Assembly (NCBI GenBank): GCA_001766815.1
Contig: LYOS01000004.1
Span: forward strand, 163,610-195,609
Length of the DNA: 32,000 nucleotides
Direction of reading: 5' to 3'
Origin: Candidatus Syntropharchaeum caldarium
GTDB lineage: Archaea > Halobacteriota > Syntropharchaeia > Syntropharchaeales > Syntropharchaeaceae
Part shown: piece by piece, positions 17,078 to 25,510 of the stretch
Position numbering within the stretch: the first letter of the stretch is position 1
Layout of the letters: each line of letters starts with the position of its first letter
The notes under the pieces: model-generated
What the model was told of the DNA's origin: nothing
The model's input: only the letters and a program-made list of their open reading frames with translations
Database searches by the model: none
Translations under genes and position numbers: made by a program

Positions 17078-19273
17078 TTAACGTTCTAATCTCACACCAG
17101 CAACCGCATTCTGTCCAATGGATATTCCGCCATCCCCATTTGGAACTTGATCGTGCGTCAAAAATTCAAGACCACCATCTTCTACGAACTTCTCCACGAT
17201 CTTCACAATCGGTACATTATACGAAACACCGCCCGTGATACCAATATATCTAATCCCATTCGCATTGGCATTCTCAATTGCAACTTCTGTCATCTTCTTG
17301 AGCAAAGCATAAACGAAAGAATATGCCAGATCAGCTTTCCTGGACTTATCTGGATATTCGGATAACTGATCAAACAATGGAAGCGTTCTAACGATTTTAT
17401 CGTCTACCACTTCTGTTTCAAAATCAATTTTCCTCTCTCCTGCATTCAGATACCGCTCAAGTCTCATCGCGGGTTCCCCATCGTACGTCCTTTTAATTCC
17501 AATATCCAGATAACATGATAGTGCATCCAGAACCCGACCAAAGCTACTCGTTGTGGGGCTTTTCTTCATCAAATTTCTCAAAATATCCGTCTCTTTCTCT
17601 TCAAAATAACCTGAATTCTTCCCCAGCATCTCAAAAATCGCAAAAACAATTCTTCTTGGATCTCTGGTGGCTGCATCTCCTCCAATAAGTGGAATCTGCT
17701 CCAAATGCCCTATTCTCTCAAAAGAATCAAAAGAAGAGATCAGAATCTCTCCACCCCAGATACTTCCATCTGTGCCATATCCTGCCCCATCCAGCGTTAG
17801 AGCGATAATTGGTTCTTCTACCCCATTGTCAACCATCAAAGAGACAGCATGAGCCCAGTGATGCTGCACTTCAAATATTTCAGCAGAAAATCTTTCGGTC
17901 AGATCTCTTCCAAAGTGTCTGGTCAGATATCTTGGATGCAGATCAATGCCAATCCCGCTGATCTCTTTTATGTCCAGTAGATTTATCAGATGATCAGTGG
18001 CTGAGGCTAAAAATTCTAATGAGGGATAATAGCTTGTGTTCCCGATGTACTGTGTTATGTAGAGTTCCCCATCTGTTGAAACGCTCACAGAGACGTTTTT
18101 CTCTGCACCAACGCCTATCACGTTTTTTCTATGTGGAACTTTGATTTTATGCGGCACAAAACCCCTCGATCTTCTCAAAAAGAATTTTTTATCATTGTAA
18201 AAACGTATAACCGAATCATCAACTCTGTTTAATATTTCCCTGTTGTGCAGAAGATATACATCCACATTTAAGTTAAACGCATCTTCATTTCTGGTTATCA
18301 TCGGCTCTCCAGGCAGATTTGCAGAGGTCATTATTATGCCATCGCTCTTTAGATAGTGAAAAAAGATATGGTGAAGGGCTGTGTAAGGCAGATAAATTCC
18401 AGCGGTGTCAAGTCCAGGCGAGATGCCATCTAAAACCCCAAACTTATCTTCACTTTTCTTCAAAACAACTACTGGACGCTGGGGGGATCTCAAAGCCTCC
18501 TCTTCATGCTCCCCAATGTACACATACTCACTTGCAGTTTCCAGGTCTCTCATCATAACTGCAAAAGGCTTTGCCTCCCTCCTGTACCATTCTCTGAATC
18601 TTCCCACCTCCTCAAAGTTACAGACCAGGTGCATTCCACCCCAGCTCTTCATTATACCAGTTGCTCCATCATCTATGAACTTTGCAAATGTTTTAATCGG
18701 ATTGCCCTCAATAGCATTTTTCTCTTCATCATAGAGCATGTATTTTGGACCGCACTCTGGACAGGAGATTGTTTGGGCGTGAAATCTCCGATTTAAAGGA
18801 TCTCTGTATTCTTCTTTGCAATTCCTGCACAGGGAAAACTCGCTCATAGAGGTCTTCTCTCTGTCGTATGGCACATCTTTAATCAGAGAGAAGCGTGCAC
18901 CGCAGTTTGTGCAATTTGTGAATGGATAGAGATAACGGCGATTGCCTCTGTCAAATATCTCGTCAAGGCATTCATCACATGTCGCAGTATCTGGTGGAAC
19001 GAGGGAAGATTTTACACCTTCACTGCTTTCCAGGATTACAAAACCTTCATACTTTCCCTGCTCTTCTTTCAATGATATCTCGTCTATCGAGGCGTTATCA
19101 GGGATCTCTCTTCTTAGTGCCTTTAAGAACTCATCTTCTCTTTTATCAAGAAAGATCTCTACATTCGAGCCTTTGTTCAGTACATATCCATTTATCCCCA
19201 GTGAATTCGCAACTCTGTATACAGTAGGACGAAAACCAACTCCCTGTACTGTGCCCTTAACGAAAACCTTCAT
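17078..19273 (-). CDS. hypF: carbamoyltransferase HypF
   Basis: 731 aa. Acylphosphatase-like N-terminus (VKGTVQGVGFRPTVY). Two zinc-finger pairs (CDECLDEI...NCTNCGARF; CRNCKEEY...CPECGPKY). YrdC-like and Kae1-like C-terminal halves. Confidence 0.93.
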   Translation of the reverse strand: MKVFVKGTVQGVGFRPTVYRVANSLGINGYVLNKGSNVEIFLDKREDEFLKALRREIPDNASIDEISLKEEQGKYEGFVILESSEGVKSSLVPPDTATCDECLDEIFDRGNRRYLYPFTNCTNCGARFSLIKDVPYDREKTSMSEFSLCRNCKEEYRDPLNRRFHAQTISCPECGPKYMLYDEEKNAIEGNPIKTFAKFIDDGATGIMKSWGGMHLVCNFEEVGRFREWYRREAKPFAVMMRDLETASEYVYIGEHEEEALRSPQRPVVVLKKSEDKFGVLDGISPGLDTAGIYLPYTALHHIFFHYLKSDGIIMTSANLPGEPMITRNEDAFNLNVDVYLLHNREILNRVDDSVIRFYNDKKFFLRRSRGFVPHKIKVPHRKNVIGVGAEKNVSVSVSTDGELYITQYIGNTSYYPSLEFLASATDHLINLLDIKEISGIGIDLHPRYLTRHFGRDLTERFSAEIFEVQHHWAHAVSLMVDNGVEEPIIALTLDGAGYGTDGSIWGGEILISSFDSFERIGHLEQIPLIGGDAATRDPRRIVFAIFEMLGKNSGYFEEKETDILRNLMKKSPTTSSFGRVLDALSCYLDIGIKRTYDGEPAMRLERYLNAGERKIDFETEVVDDKIVRTLPLFDQLSEYPDKSRKADLAYSFVYALLKKMTEVAIENANANGIRYIGITGGVSYNVPIVKIVEKFVEDGGLEFLTHDQVPNGDGGISIGQNAVAGVRLER

Positions 19274-19938
19274 CTGTCCCCCTCGATCAACGCAGATAAC
19301 AGCTCTTCCACTCCGGTGCCGTGTTTCGCATCGGTCATAAAGAACTTTCCATGAGGGGACAGTCTTTTGAAATCCTCTAAAATAACAGCAGGGTCAACCT
19401 CAATTAGCTCTGCCAGATCGATCTTGTTCAATACAACAAAATCGGTTTGTGCAAAGATCAACGGGTGTTTTCTTACCATGTCATCACCCTCGGTCACCGA
19501 TATAACGACAACTCTTTTCTCAGTTCCTAAAGGAAAATCAACAGGACAAACGAGATTTCCAACGTTTTCAATGAATAATATCTCCAATTTACTGAGATCT
19601 AATGATTCTAAGGCATGATTTATTAAATGGGCATCTAAATGGCATTCTTTCCCAGTATTTACATTTATAGCCTGAACCCCAAGTCTTAAAAACCTTTTAT
19701 AATCGTCATCTCCTGCGACATCCCCCGCTATGGTCCCAGCTCTCATCCCTCTTTCACTCAGCAGATCTATCATCCTCTCGATCAGCGTGGTTTTTCCAGA
19801 CCCTATAGACCCTAAAATGTCGTATGCTTTTACCTCGTGACTTTCCAATACAGACCTGTTCTCCTTCGCAATTCTTCTGTTTACACCAAGAATATCGCTT
19901 TCCATCTGTATATCCACGGTCTTATGCATATGTATCAC
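19270..19938 (-). CDS. hypB: hydrogenase nickel-incorporation GTPase HypB
   Basis: 222 aa. P-loop GSIGSGKTTLIE, IENVGNLVCP and LNKIDL motifs. No His-rich N-terminus. ATGA overlap with hypF. Confidence 0.9.
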   Translation of the reverse strand: MIHMHKTVDIQMESDILGVNRRIAKENRSVLESHEVKAYDILGSIGSGKTTLIERMIDLLSERGMRAGTIAGDVAGDDDYKRFLRLGVQAINVNTGKECHLDAHLINHALESLDLSKLEILFIENVGNLVCPVDFPLGTEKRVVVISVTEGDDMVRKHPLIFAQTDFVVLNKIDLAELIEVDPAVILEDFKRLSPHGKFFMTDAKHGTGVEELLSALIEGDR

Positions 19939-20425
19939 AATAATATAGATCTTGCACTGAATTTAAGCGTGATAATTCATCAAGTATTCGCCTGACAACC
20001 TCTGGAATTGTTTTTTCCACCTCTGGTGTTAATCCGATGCCGAATTCATCACTTTTTTCAACCTCAATCCCCACAATCGTGATATCATCTGGCATCGATT
20101 CTGGCATAATCGTCTCTCCTATCCTGAGCACATCGACCAGTCCAAGATCGTGAAGTGAGAAGTTAACAGATTCTGGTTCTGGCAGATCATTGCCCTTAAT
20201 GATATGGATCGTTCCGATATCACCACCGGTCCTCACAGCATCGACAATGATGATCTTCTCCGCGTCTTCGATCAGGTTCAGGATTGAAAGCCCACCAGTA
20301 CCCGCATCGACCAATTCCACATAATCGGGCAACTCCTCCTTCCTGAGTTCCTCTAAAACGTAGATTCCAATGCCATCATCTAAAGCCAGAGGGTTTCCAC
20401 AGCACAGGATCAGAACTTTTTTCAA
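19922..20425 (-). CDS. [NiFe]-hydrogenase maturation endopeptidase (HyaD/HybD/VhoD family)
   Basis: 167 aa. N-terminal LILCCGNPLALDDGIG motif (GN-x4-DDG-x-G). Positioned directly after the large subunit. Confidence 0.85.
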   Translation of the reverse strand: MKKVLILCCGNPLALDDGIGIYVLEELRKEELPDYVELVDAGTGGLSILNLIEDAEKIIIVDAVRTGGDIGTIHIIKGNDLPEPESVNFSLHDLGLVDVLRIGETIMPESMPDDITIVGIEVEKSDEFGIGLTPEVEKTIPEVVRRILDELSRLNSVQDLYYCDTYA

Positions 20426-20431
20426 TTTATC

Positions 20432-21985
20432 TTAAACCACCTTGACCTCGTACTTCTTTCTGCTATCCCTCAGGTCCACTGTATGCACGGCACATGCTAT
20501 ACATGGATCGAACGAGCGGACGGTATGCAGGATCTCAATCGGATTGTCTGGAGCAGTTACTGGTGTACCAACTACAGCCTGTTCAACAGCCCCCAGCTTG
20601 CCATCATCATCACGTGGCGAGCAATTCCATGTTGTTGGGACTACGAGCTGGTATCTCTCCAGTTTACCATCTTTTATACTTGCCCAATGCCCCAGTGATC
20701 CTCTGGGTGCCTCTGTCAAGCCTACCCCGGTTGCTGAACTCGGCAGTTCTGCAGGCTCATAGAACTTCCCATCTATGTCAACACCAAGAAGCCATTCCTT
20801 CAGTTTGGCGAGAACCCTCACAGCCTCATGAAGTCTCGCCAGTGTTCTTGTGTACACATTTGCACCAAGTTTGGTAGCCAGGTCAAGAACCAGGGGGTCT
20901 CTGTCATTGATCATTCTTGCCAGTGGACCCACCTCTGTGGGCATGTCATTATATCGTGGAGCCTTCATCCAGGTATACTTATCTTTGCTCGTGAAGTCTG
21001 GATCCTCAATTGGTTCTGTGAACCCCTCGTTAGGATGCTTTCCACCAGTATAGCCACTATACCATGAATACGCTATGTACTCAGTTACTTTTTCTGGATC
21101 AAAGGCATTGAAGTCTCCATCATAAAATCCGGGCTTCAACCATCTCCCATCCCCCTCATAAAATGCGCCATATGAGAGGAATCCACACTCACCTGCCCCG
21201 TACCCACCATATGCATGAAGTCCGAGGTTGATATCTTCAATCGGGCCCCCATATCGAATCAAAAGACCTATATCGCTATTTGCATGGCTTTCGCTTTCGT
21301 CTAACCAGGCCACCACATCATCCAGGCTCCTGTTCTCCAACCACCGATCAACGGAGCACCCAAGTACCTGTTCTTCTACGAAGCTCTTACTCTCTAACCA
21401 CAGTGAATATGCTTTAACAATGTCTCCAACGTCAGGCCTAACTGTAACTCCGCCAGGTATATACGTCATGTGATGGGGCATCTTCCCACCGAAGATGGCT
21501 ATGATCTCGTGGAGCTTTTTTCTGACCATAACTGCCCTGATCCATGAGCTACCTGTAAACGCAGCAAATCTACGGCTAAGTTCATTATATACACTGCCGG
21601 CCCCCGCCGCCTCTAAAATGTCTTTGTATACAGGATTTGCCAGATCTGGTGCCCATAATGCATAAAAGTGTGTTGCATGACTCATTATATTATTGGAGCC
21701 CAATATGATGTTCCTGATCAGTTTCGCATTTTCTGGCACAGAAGCATCAAATGCATCATCCAGACACCGTATCGATGCTGTGGCATGCGCTACTGGACAG
21801 ACTCCACATGCTCTTTGAGTTATGATAGAAGCATCTCTTGGATCCCTTCCTATCAGTATGTTCTCCAGTCCCCTGTACATCATGCCAGAACTCCATGCAT
21901 CCGTTACTTTTCCCCCATCTACATTTGCTCTGATCTTTAAATGCCCTTCAATTCGTGTTAACGGATCGATGGTCACTTCTACCAT
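20432..21985 (-). CDS. [NiFe]-hydrogenase large subunit (group 1-like, membrane/extracytoplasmic uptake type)
   Basis: 517 aa. N-terminal RIEGH. Ni-Fe ligand motifs QRACGVCPVAH and C-terminal DPCIACAVH, followed by a 16-aa extension (TVDLRDSRKKYEVKVV) of the kind removed by the endopeptidase. It pairs with a Tat-signal small subunit. Confidence 0.92.
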   Translation of the reverse strand: MVEVTIDPLTRIEGHLKIRANVDGGKVTDAWSSGMMYRGLENILIGRDPRDASIITQRACGVCPVAHATASIRCLDDAFDASVPENAKLIRNIILGSNNIMSHATHFYALWAPDLANPVYKDILEAAGAGSVYNELSRRFAAFTGSSWIRAVMVRKKLHEIIAIFGGKMPHHMTYIPGGVTVRPDVGDIVKAYSLWLESKSFVEEQVLGCSVDRWLENRSLDDVVAWLDESESHANSDIGLLIRYGGPIEDINLGLHAYGGYGAGECGFLSYGAFYEGDGRWLKPGFYDGDFNAFDPEKVTEYIAYSWYSGYTGGKHPNEGFTEPIEDPDFTSKDKYTWMKAPRYNDMPTEVGPLARMINDRDPLVLDLATKLGANVYTRTLARLHEAVRVLAKLKEWLLGVDIDGKFYEPAELPSSATGVGLTEAPRGSLGHWASIKDGKLERYQLVVPTTWNCSPRDDDGKLGAVEQAVVGTPVTAPDNPIEILHTVRSFDPCIACAVHTVDLRDSRKKYEVKVV

Positions 21986-21987
21986 TT

Positions 21988-23175
21988 TTATTCCCTCCTA
22001 TCCTTGAGATATCGAGCTGCTGCGAGGGTCCCTGCCCCAACCGCCGCTGCTGCACCGAATCCTGGTGCCACCTCTTCTGTTGCCGTTGGCGTTCCTGTTG
22101 GCGTTGCCGTGGGTGTAACTGGCGTTGCCGTTGGTTTTTCAACAGATGATGTTGCTGTGGCCCCTGATGGAAGATAAAACGGAGATTTACCATCCGGGAA
22201 GTCTGGCTCAGCACAACCAATACATGGTGCGCCTGCCTGGGTGCACATGTTTCTACCGTTGTTCCAGAGCCTCAATGGGCACTCAGCCGAAGTAAATGGA
22301 CCCTTGCATCCAAGCCCATATAAACAGTACTCCATTCCAAATTTCAGAGCTTCATAATAGCCCCTTCTCGGACATGTCTCATGGATTGACTCTCCAAAGA
22401 ACGCTGTGGGTCTATTATACTCATCCAGCTCTATATCACCCGTTTTTCCAAGTATAACCGCAGCCAGTGTGGACATGACCCAATCAGGATGAGTTGGGCA
22501 ACAGGGGAGATTTATCACAGGCAATCCAGCCTTTGATCTATAGTTCTCCCCCAAAATCCCACCTTTCTCCTTTCTATAGAACTGGAGCCCGCTACAATCA
22601 CTTGGATTCGGATCTCCCGCAGGTATTCCACCATAAGAGGCACAGGATCCAACAGCCACTGTAGCCAGTGAGTGGGGTGCCAGATCTTCTATGATCTTCT
22701 TAAATGGTTCTCCACCAACCCTGCAGAAATTCCCTGTGCCATCTGGACCCCGCGGGATAGCACCTTCAACAACCAGCACGAAGTCCTTTTCACTCTCTTT
22801 GATCAGCTCCAAAGCATAGTTCGCATTTAAATCAGCGTTCTCTACAGGCACTCCATCAACAAAAAGACCCTGTTGAATCATCACTGTCTCCCAGTATTGT
22901 GGAACGACGTTCAGATCCATTATCGCCTGGATCACATCAGGTTGTTCTGCATTCAGGAAGGAGATGGTGCATCCCGCACAGTCCTGTCCTTCTAACCATA
23001 TAAGATTGGTACTGGTGCTACTTTCCATAAGTCCTCGTACAATCTCTGTCTTATATGTCCCCAGAAAAATACTGGCGCCCACTGCTCCCACAACTTTAAG
23101 AAAAGTCCTTCTATCCAGATTCAGTATATCTATATTCCTTAGATCTTCTATTTTTGTTAATTTAAGATCCTTCAT
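21988..23175 (-). CDS. [NiFe]-hydrogenase small subunit, Tat-exported, with C-terminal Thr/Pro linker and PGF-CTERM signal
   Basis: 395 aa. Twin-arginine signal LDRRTFLKVVGAVGASIFLG. Fe-S ligand motifs WLEGQDCAGC, GSCASYGG, HETCPRRG, CLYGLGCKGP and CIGCAEPDFPD. The C-terminus is ...KPTATPVTPTATPTGTPTATEEVAPGFGAAAAVGAGTLAAARYLKDRRE. Confidence 0.92.
   Translation of the reverse strand: MKDLKLTKIEDLRNIDILNLDRRTFLKVVGAVGASIFLGTYKTEIVRGLMESSTSTNLIWLEGQDCAGCTISFLNAEQPDVIQAIMDLNVVPQYWETVMIQQGLFVDGVPVENADLNANYALELIKESEKDFVLVVEGAIPRGPDGTGNFCRVGGEPFKKIIEDLAPHSLATVAVGSCASYGGIPAGDPNPSDCSGLQFYRKEKGGILGENYRSKAGLPVINLPCCPTHPDWVMSTLAAVILGKTGDIELDEYNRPTAFFGESIHETCPRRGYYEALKFGMEYCLYGLGCKGPFTSAECPLRLWNNGRNMCTQAGAPCIGCAEPDFPDGKSPFYLPSGATATSSVEKPTATPVTPTATPTGTPTATEEVAPGFGAAAAVGAGTLAAARYLKDRRE
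21991..22065 (-). other. PGF-CTERM archaeosortase-type sorting signal (last 25 codons of the small subunit)
   Basis: PGFG, then a 14-residue Ala/Gly-rich hydrophobic stretch, then the basic tail RYLKDRRE. It is preceded at 22066-22167 by a Thr/Pro-rich linker. This matches the tripartite PGF-CTERM architecture by eye; no HMM was run. Confidence 0.6.
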
Positions 23176-23319
23176 TTAAATCCCCCCAAAGTATCCAGAG
23201 TTGTGGCTGATCCCGGCCGTCTCCATTGTCTCGAACGCGATAGCAGTCCTGCTGAACGTACGCCTCGACAGTTCAACATCATCAAATAAATTATACTTTT
23301 CAGTCACATTTGACCCCAT
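23176..23319 (-). CDS. 47-codon upstream ORF / leader peptide preceding the hydrogenase small subunit (hypothetical)
   Basis: My translation is MGSNVTEKYNLFDDVELSRRTFSRTAIAFETMETAGISHNSGYFGGI*. The TAA at 23178-23176 abuts the small-subunit ATG (23175) in the same frame. A TATA-like octamer lies 22-29 nt upstream of its ATG. The first nine codons are shared with the cytochrome c ORF, differing mainly by synonymous changes. It is too short for the supplied ORF track. Confidence 0.45.
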   Translation of the reverse strand: MGSNVTEKYNLFDDVELSRRTFSRTAIAFETMETAGISHNSGYFGGI

Positions 23320-23348
23320 TATAAACTTTAACTTCACAATATATATAC
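23320..23348 (-). promoter_or_regulatory. TATA-box promoter module of the hydrogenase operon (copy B of a duplicated module)
   Basis: The minus strand reads GTATATATATTGTGAAGTTAAAGTTTATA followed by ATG (23319). The spacing and sequence match 14070-14098. A purine-rich GAAAAG (BRE-like) lies immediately upstream. Confidence 0.45.
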
Positions 23349-23508
23349 TTTTCATTCACTATATAAAAAGAACACTATACATGATTATAATTCATGCATA
23401 TAAAGGCTTAAACGGTTCCTGCAAATCCCATTGAAAACTGAGTCGCCCATGCTAAAAAATGCCCGGATAAGAACTTATGCCGCATCCTGCGAGCCGCTTC
23501 TCGCATCA

Positions 23509-25497
23509 TCACTCATCTTTGGTGTTCATCCTCTGTTCAAGTGATACAAGCGGTCTACATCGTTCACAGTAGCGAAGCGGTTCCACATCTATCCCCTGCT
23601 CGCATAATCTCTTTTTAAGTGTTTCATACAGCGCCTCGGTTGTGTATACCTCCCCACACCTGGCACATTTCACGGGTTTGGATGATGCGAGTTCATCCTC
23701 TTCCTGCCTGATCGTCTTTGAAAGATCCAAAACTGCCTCAATCCTGATTGCACTCTCTGGGCATGCTTTTTCACATAATCTACAGTTGATGCACTCTCCG
23801 TGTCTGAAAAAGATTCTATTCTCCTCCTTTCTCAGCGCTCCTGCAGGGCAGACTGCAGTACATGCATCACAGACCGTGCATCTTGAATCAATCGTTGCGA
23901 CACCAAAGGCACTGGATGAGATCTTGAGTTCGGGTATTTTACCGGTTTTATCTGAGAGACTCCTGATTAAAGCAAGAAAAACCGCTCGATTTTTGAAATC
24001 ATCGAGTTCACACATCTTCTTCTTTCGAATTCTGGACGGTGTGAGCTGGCCGCTAAATTCTGTGATTGCTTCTGTGAAGGCATCGGGATCAAATACTTGA
24101 GTTATGAGCATCCTATCCTTGAGATCTAAGCCGTCAAGACATTTCCTGATAAAATCCTGATCAATCCCAGTCTCACCAAGAATTATAACTCCGTCTGCAC
24201 CCGCATCAAGCGCACGGAGAATGTGTTCCACAGATAGAGCCAATGTTGAGGGGAGAAAAAGGGGAAGTATGGGTGGATAGCTCATTCTGAGCCGTCCAAC
24301 CTTATCGAGTAGCTTTTTTCCTGCTTTCAGGTCCGTGAATAAGATTATGCGGGGTTTGAGATCTTTTGCGCCTGTAAGTAGCCGTTCGATCATTGTAAAA
24401 ACTCGTTCATTTGGGAAAAAAGTTAATTTCAGGAGTGATAATGGACAGAGCGAAGCACATAATCCACACCCTTCGCACGATATCTCGTCGATCTCAAGTT
24501 TTCCATCTGGCTTGCGTGTTATCGCACCATTCGGACAGGTGCAGAGTGTGCAGCCTGAAAGCCCATGTGCGTATGATGCACAGTCTGTGAGATCGTGATC
24601 CAGATACCTTGGCTTCTCGATACTATCAAAGTTGCTTACAACCTCTGCAACAAGCGATGCAGGATCTTCTTCGTTGGCGAGATGTATTCCACTTCGTATG
24701 GTTGTGAGCGATTCATCTTCGAGTATTATCTGTCCAGCACCAATCAGCCTGCTCTCGGGGGTGAGGTTGATGGCATCAGCCGGACAGACCCCAATGCACT
24801 TCCCGCACAGTGTACACGCATCTGTGATAGAATATATCATACCATCAAGAATCGCTCTATCATCACAAACTTCGATACACCGTCCGCATTCAATACAGTG
24901 ATTCTGATCAAGTCGATTCGGATCAAACTCAACTTCAAACGCACCTATTTTTCCATAGATTGCCTTTGGTTCACCAATATAAAATTTAATTCCGTTCAGG
25001 CTGTTTAAATTTTTCGGATCTGATGTGAGGATTGAAACATCTGAAATCTTCGCAAGAGATGGTGCAAGATTGTAGACACCCTTTCCACCGATCATAATCA
25101 GAGATCTCCCAACATTCCGCTGGATTGTCCCTTCAATTTCTGGATCTTCCATCAGTGCAAGATTGATTATACCTTTTGCCTTCTGCGTGCCATCACGCTT
25201 GTTATGAACCCATCCACACGCTTCTCTGATATCCACAAGCTTTGGCGGTGGCAATTCAAGCGTTCTGGCAAGGTCATCAAAGATCTCCTGTTTCTTTTCG
25301 CAACCCGCAATCAATATCCTCTCGGGTTTAAAATTTCTGATATAATATGTGATATGGTTCAATCCATCAGCATGACATAGAAAATCATGCGTCTCAACAA
25401 CGCAGAGCTCATCTAATTTTCCAAACGTTTTTTTGAGATCTTTGAATGAGAGTTTGATCGTGCCTGCACAGGAACAGAGAAAGAGACCTGTATGCAA
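23509..25497 (-). CDS. multi-[4Fe-4S] protein (polyferredoxin / HdrA-MvhD-like architecture), cytoplasmic
   Basis: 662 aa. At least five ferredoxin-type motifs (CIECGRCIEVC, CTLCGKCIGVCP, CEGCGLCASLCP, CTVCDACTAVCP, CINCRLCEKACP). N-terminal LFLCSCAG Cys motif. A central region RIILFTD...ALDAGADGVIILGE resembles a Cys-depleted MvhD/FlpD-like domain. C-terminal CxxC...CxxC ribbon (CARCGE...CERCRP). No signal peptide. TTG start 5 nt after a GAGGTGAT SD that overlaps the tatA stop. Confidence 0.6.
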   Translation of the reverse strand: MHTGLFLCSCAGTIKLSFKDLKKTFGKLDELCVVETHDFLCHADGLNHITYYIRNFKPERILIAGCEKKQEIFDDLARTLELPPPKLVDIREACGWVHNKRDGTQKAKGIINLALMEDPEIEGTIQRNVGRSLIMIGGKGVYNLAPSLAKISDVSILTSDPKNLNSLNGIKFYIGEPKAIYGKIGAFEVEFDPNRLDQNHCIECGRCIEVCDDRAILDGMIYSITDACTLCGKCIGVCPADAINLTPESRLIGAGQIILEDESLTTIRSGIHLANEEDPASLVAEVVSNFDSIEKPRYLDHDLTDCASYAHGLSGCTLCTCPNGAITRKPDGKLEIDEISCEGCGLCASLCPLSLLKLTFFPNERVFTMIERLLTGAKDLKPRIILFTDLKAGKKLLDKVGRLRMSYPPILPLFLPSTLALSVEHILRALDAGADGVIILGETGIDQDFIRKCLDGLDLKDRMLITQVFDPDAFTEAITEFSGQLTPSRIRKKKMCELDDFKNRAVFLALIRSLSDKTGKIPELKISSSAFGVATIDSRCTVCDACTAVCPAGALRKEENRIFFRHGECINCRLCEKACPESAIRIEAVLDLSKTIRQEEDELASSKPVKCARCGEVYTTEALYETLKKRLCEQGIDVEPLRYCERCRPLVSLEQRMNTKDE

Positions 25498-25510
25498 GCG
25501 GTATCACCTC

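Noticed and set aside
20432-21985. Possible selenocysteine-containing hydrogenase large subunit
   Set aside because: The ORF is uninterrupted and the C-terminal motif is DPCIACAVH with Cys at both ligand positions. There is no in-frame TGA.
22030-22170. Short tandem-like DNA repeats (GTTGCCGTTGGCGTT..., GGCGTTGCCGT...), considered as a minisatellite or degenerate CRISPR-like array
   Set aside because: The periodicity is irregular and there is no repeat-spacer structure. The stretch lies entirely inside the small-subunit ORF and encodes the T-P-T-A linker. A similar coding repeat at 13861-13930 encodes the cytochrome linker.
21948-22220. ORFs encoding QRQRQ-rich (21948-22220, minus) and C/R/W-rich (21955-22149, plus) peptides over the small/large subunit junction
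   Set aside because: They are alternative-frame and antisense shadows of the Thr/Pro-linker and PGF-CTERM coding repeats of the hydrogenase small subunit. The low-complexity composition is a frame artefact.
23176-23178. In-frame stop between the uORF and the small subunit as a recoded codon (pyrrolysine or selenocysteine)
   Set aside because: The codon is TAA. Pyrrolysine uses TAG and selenocysteine uses TGA. A fusion would also carry two tandem RR motifs. Read-through remains only a minor possibility.
23201-23434. 77-aa plus-strand ORF in the hydrogenase upstream region
   Set aside because: It spans AT-rich promoter DNA, has no SD and gives a phenylalanine/isoleucine-rich nonsense composition. 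The minus strand here carries the promoter cassette and the 47-codon uORF, which have comparative support within the window.
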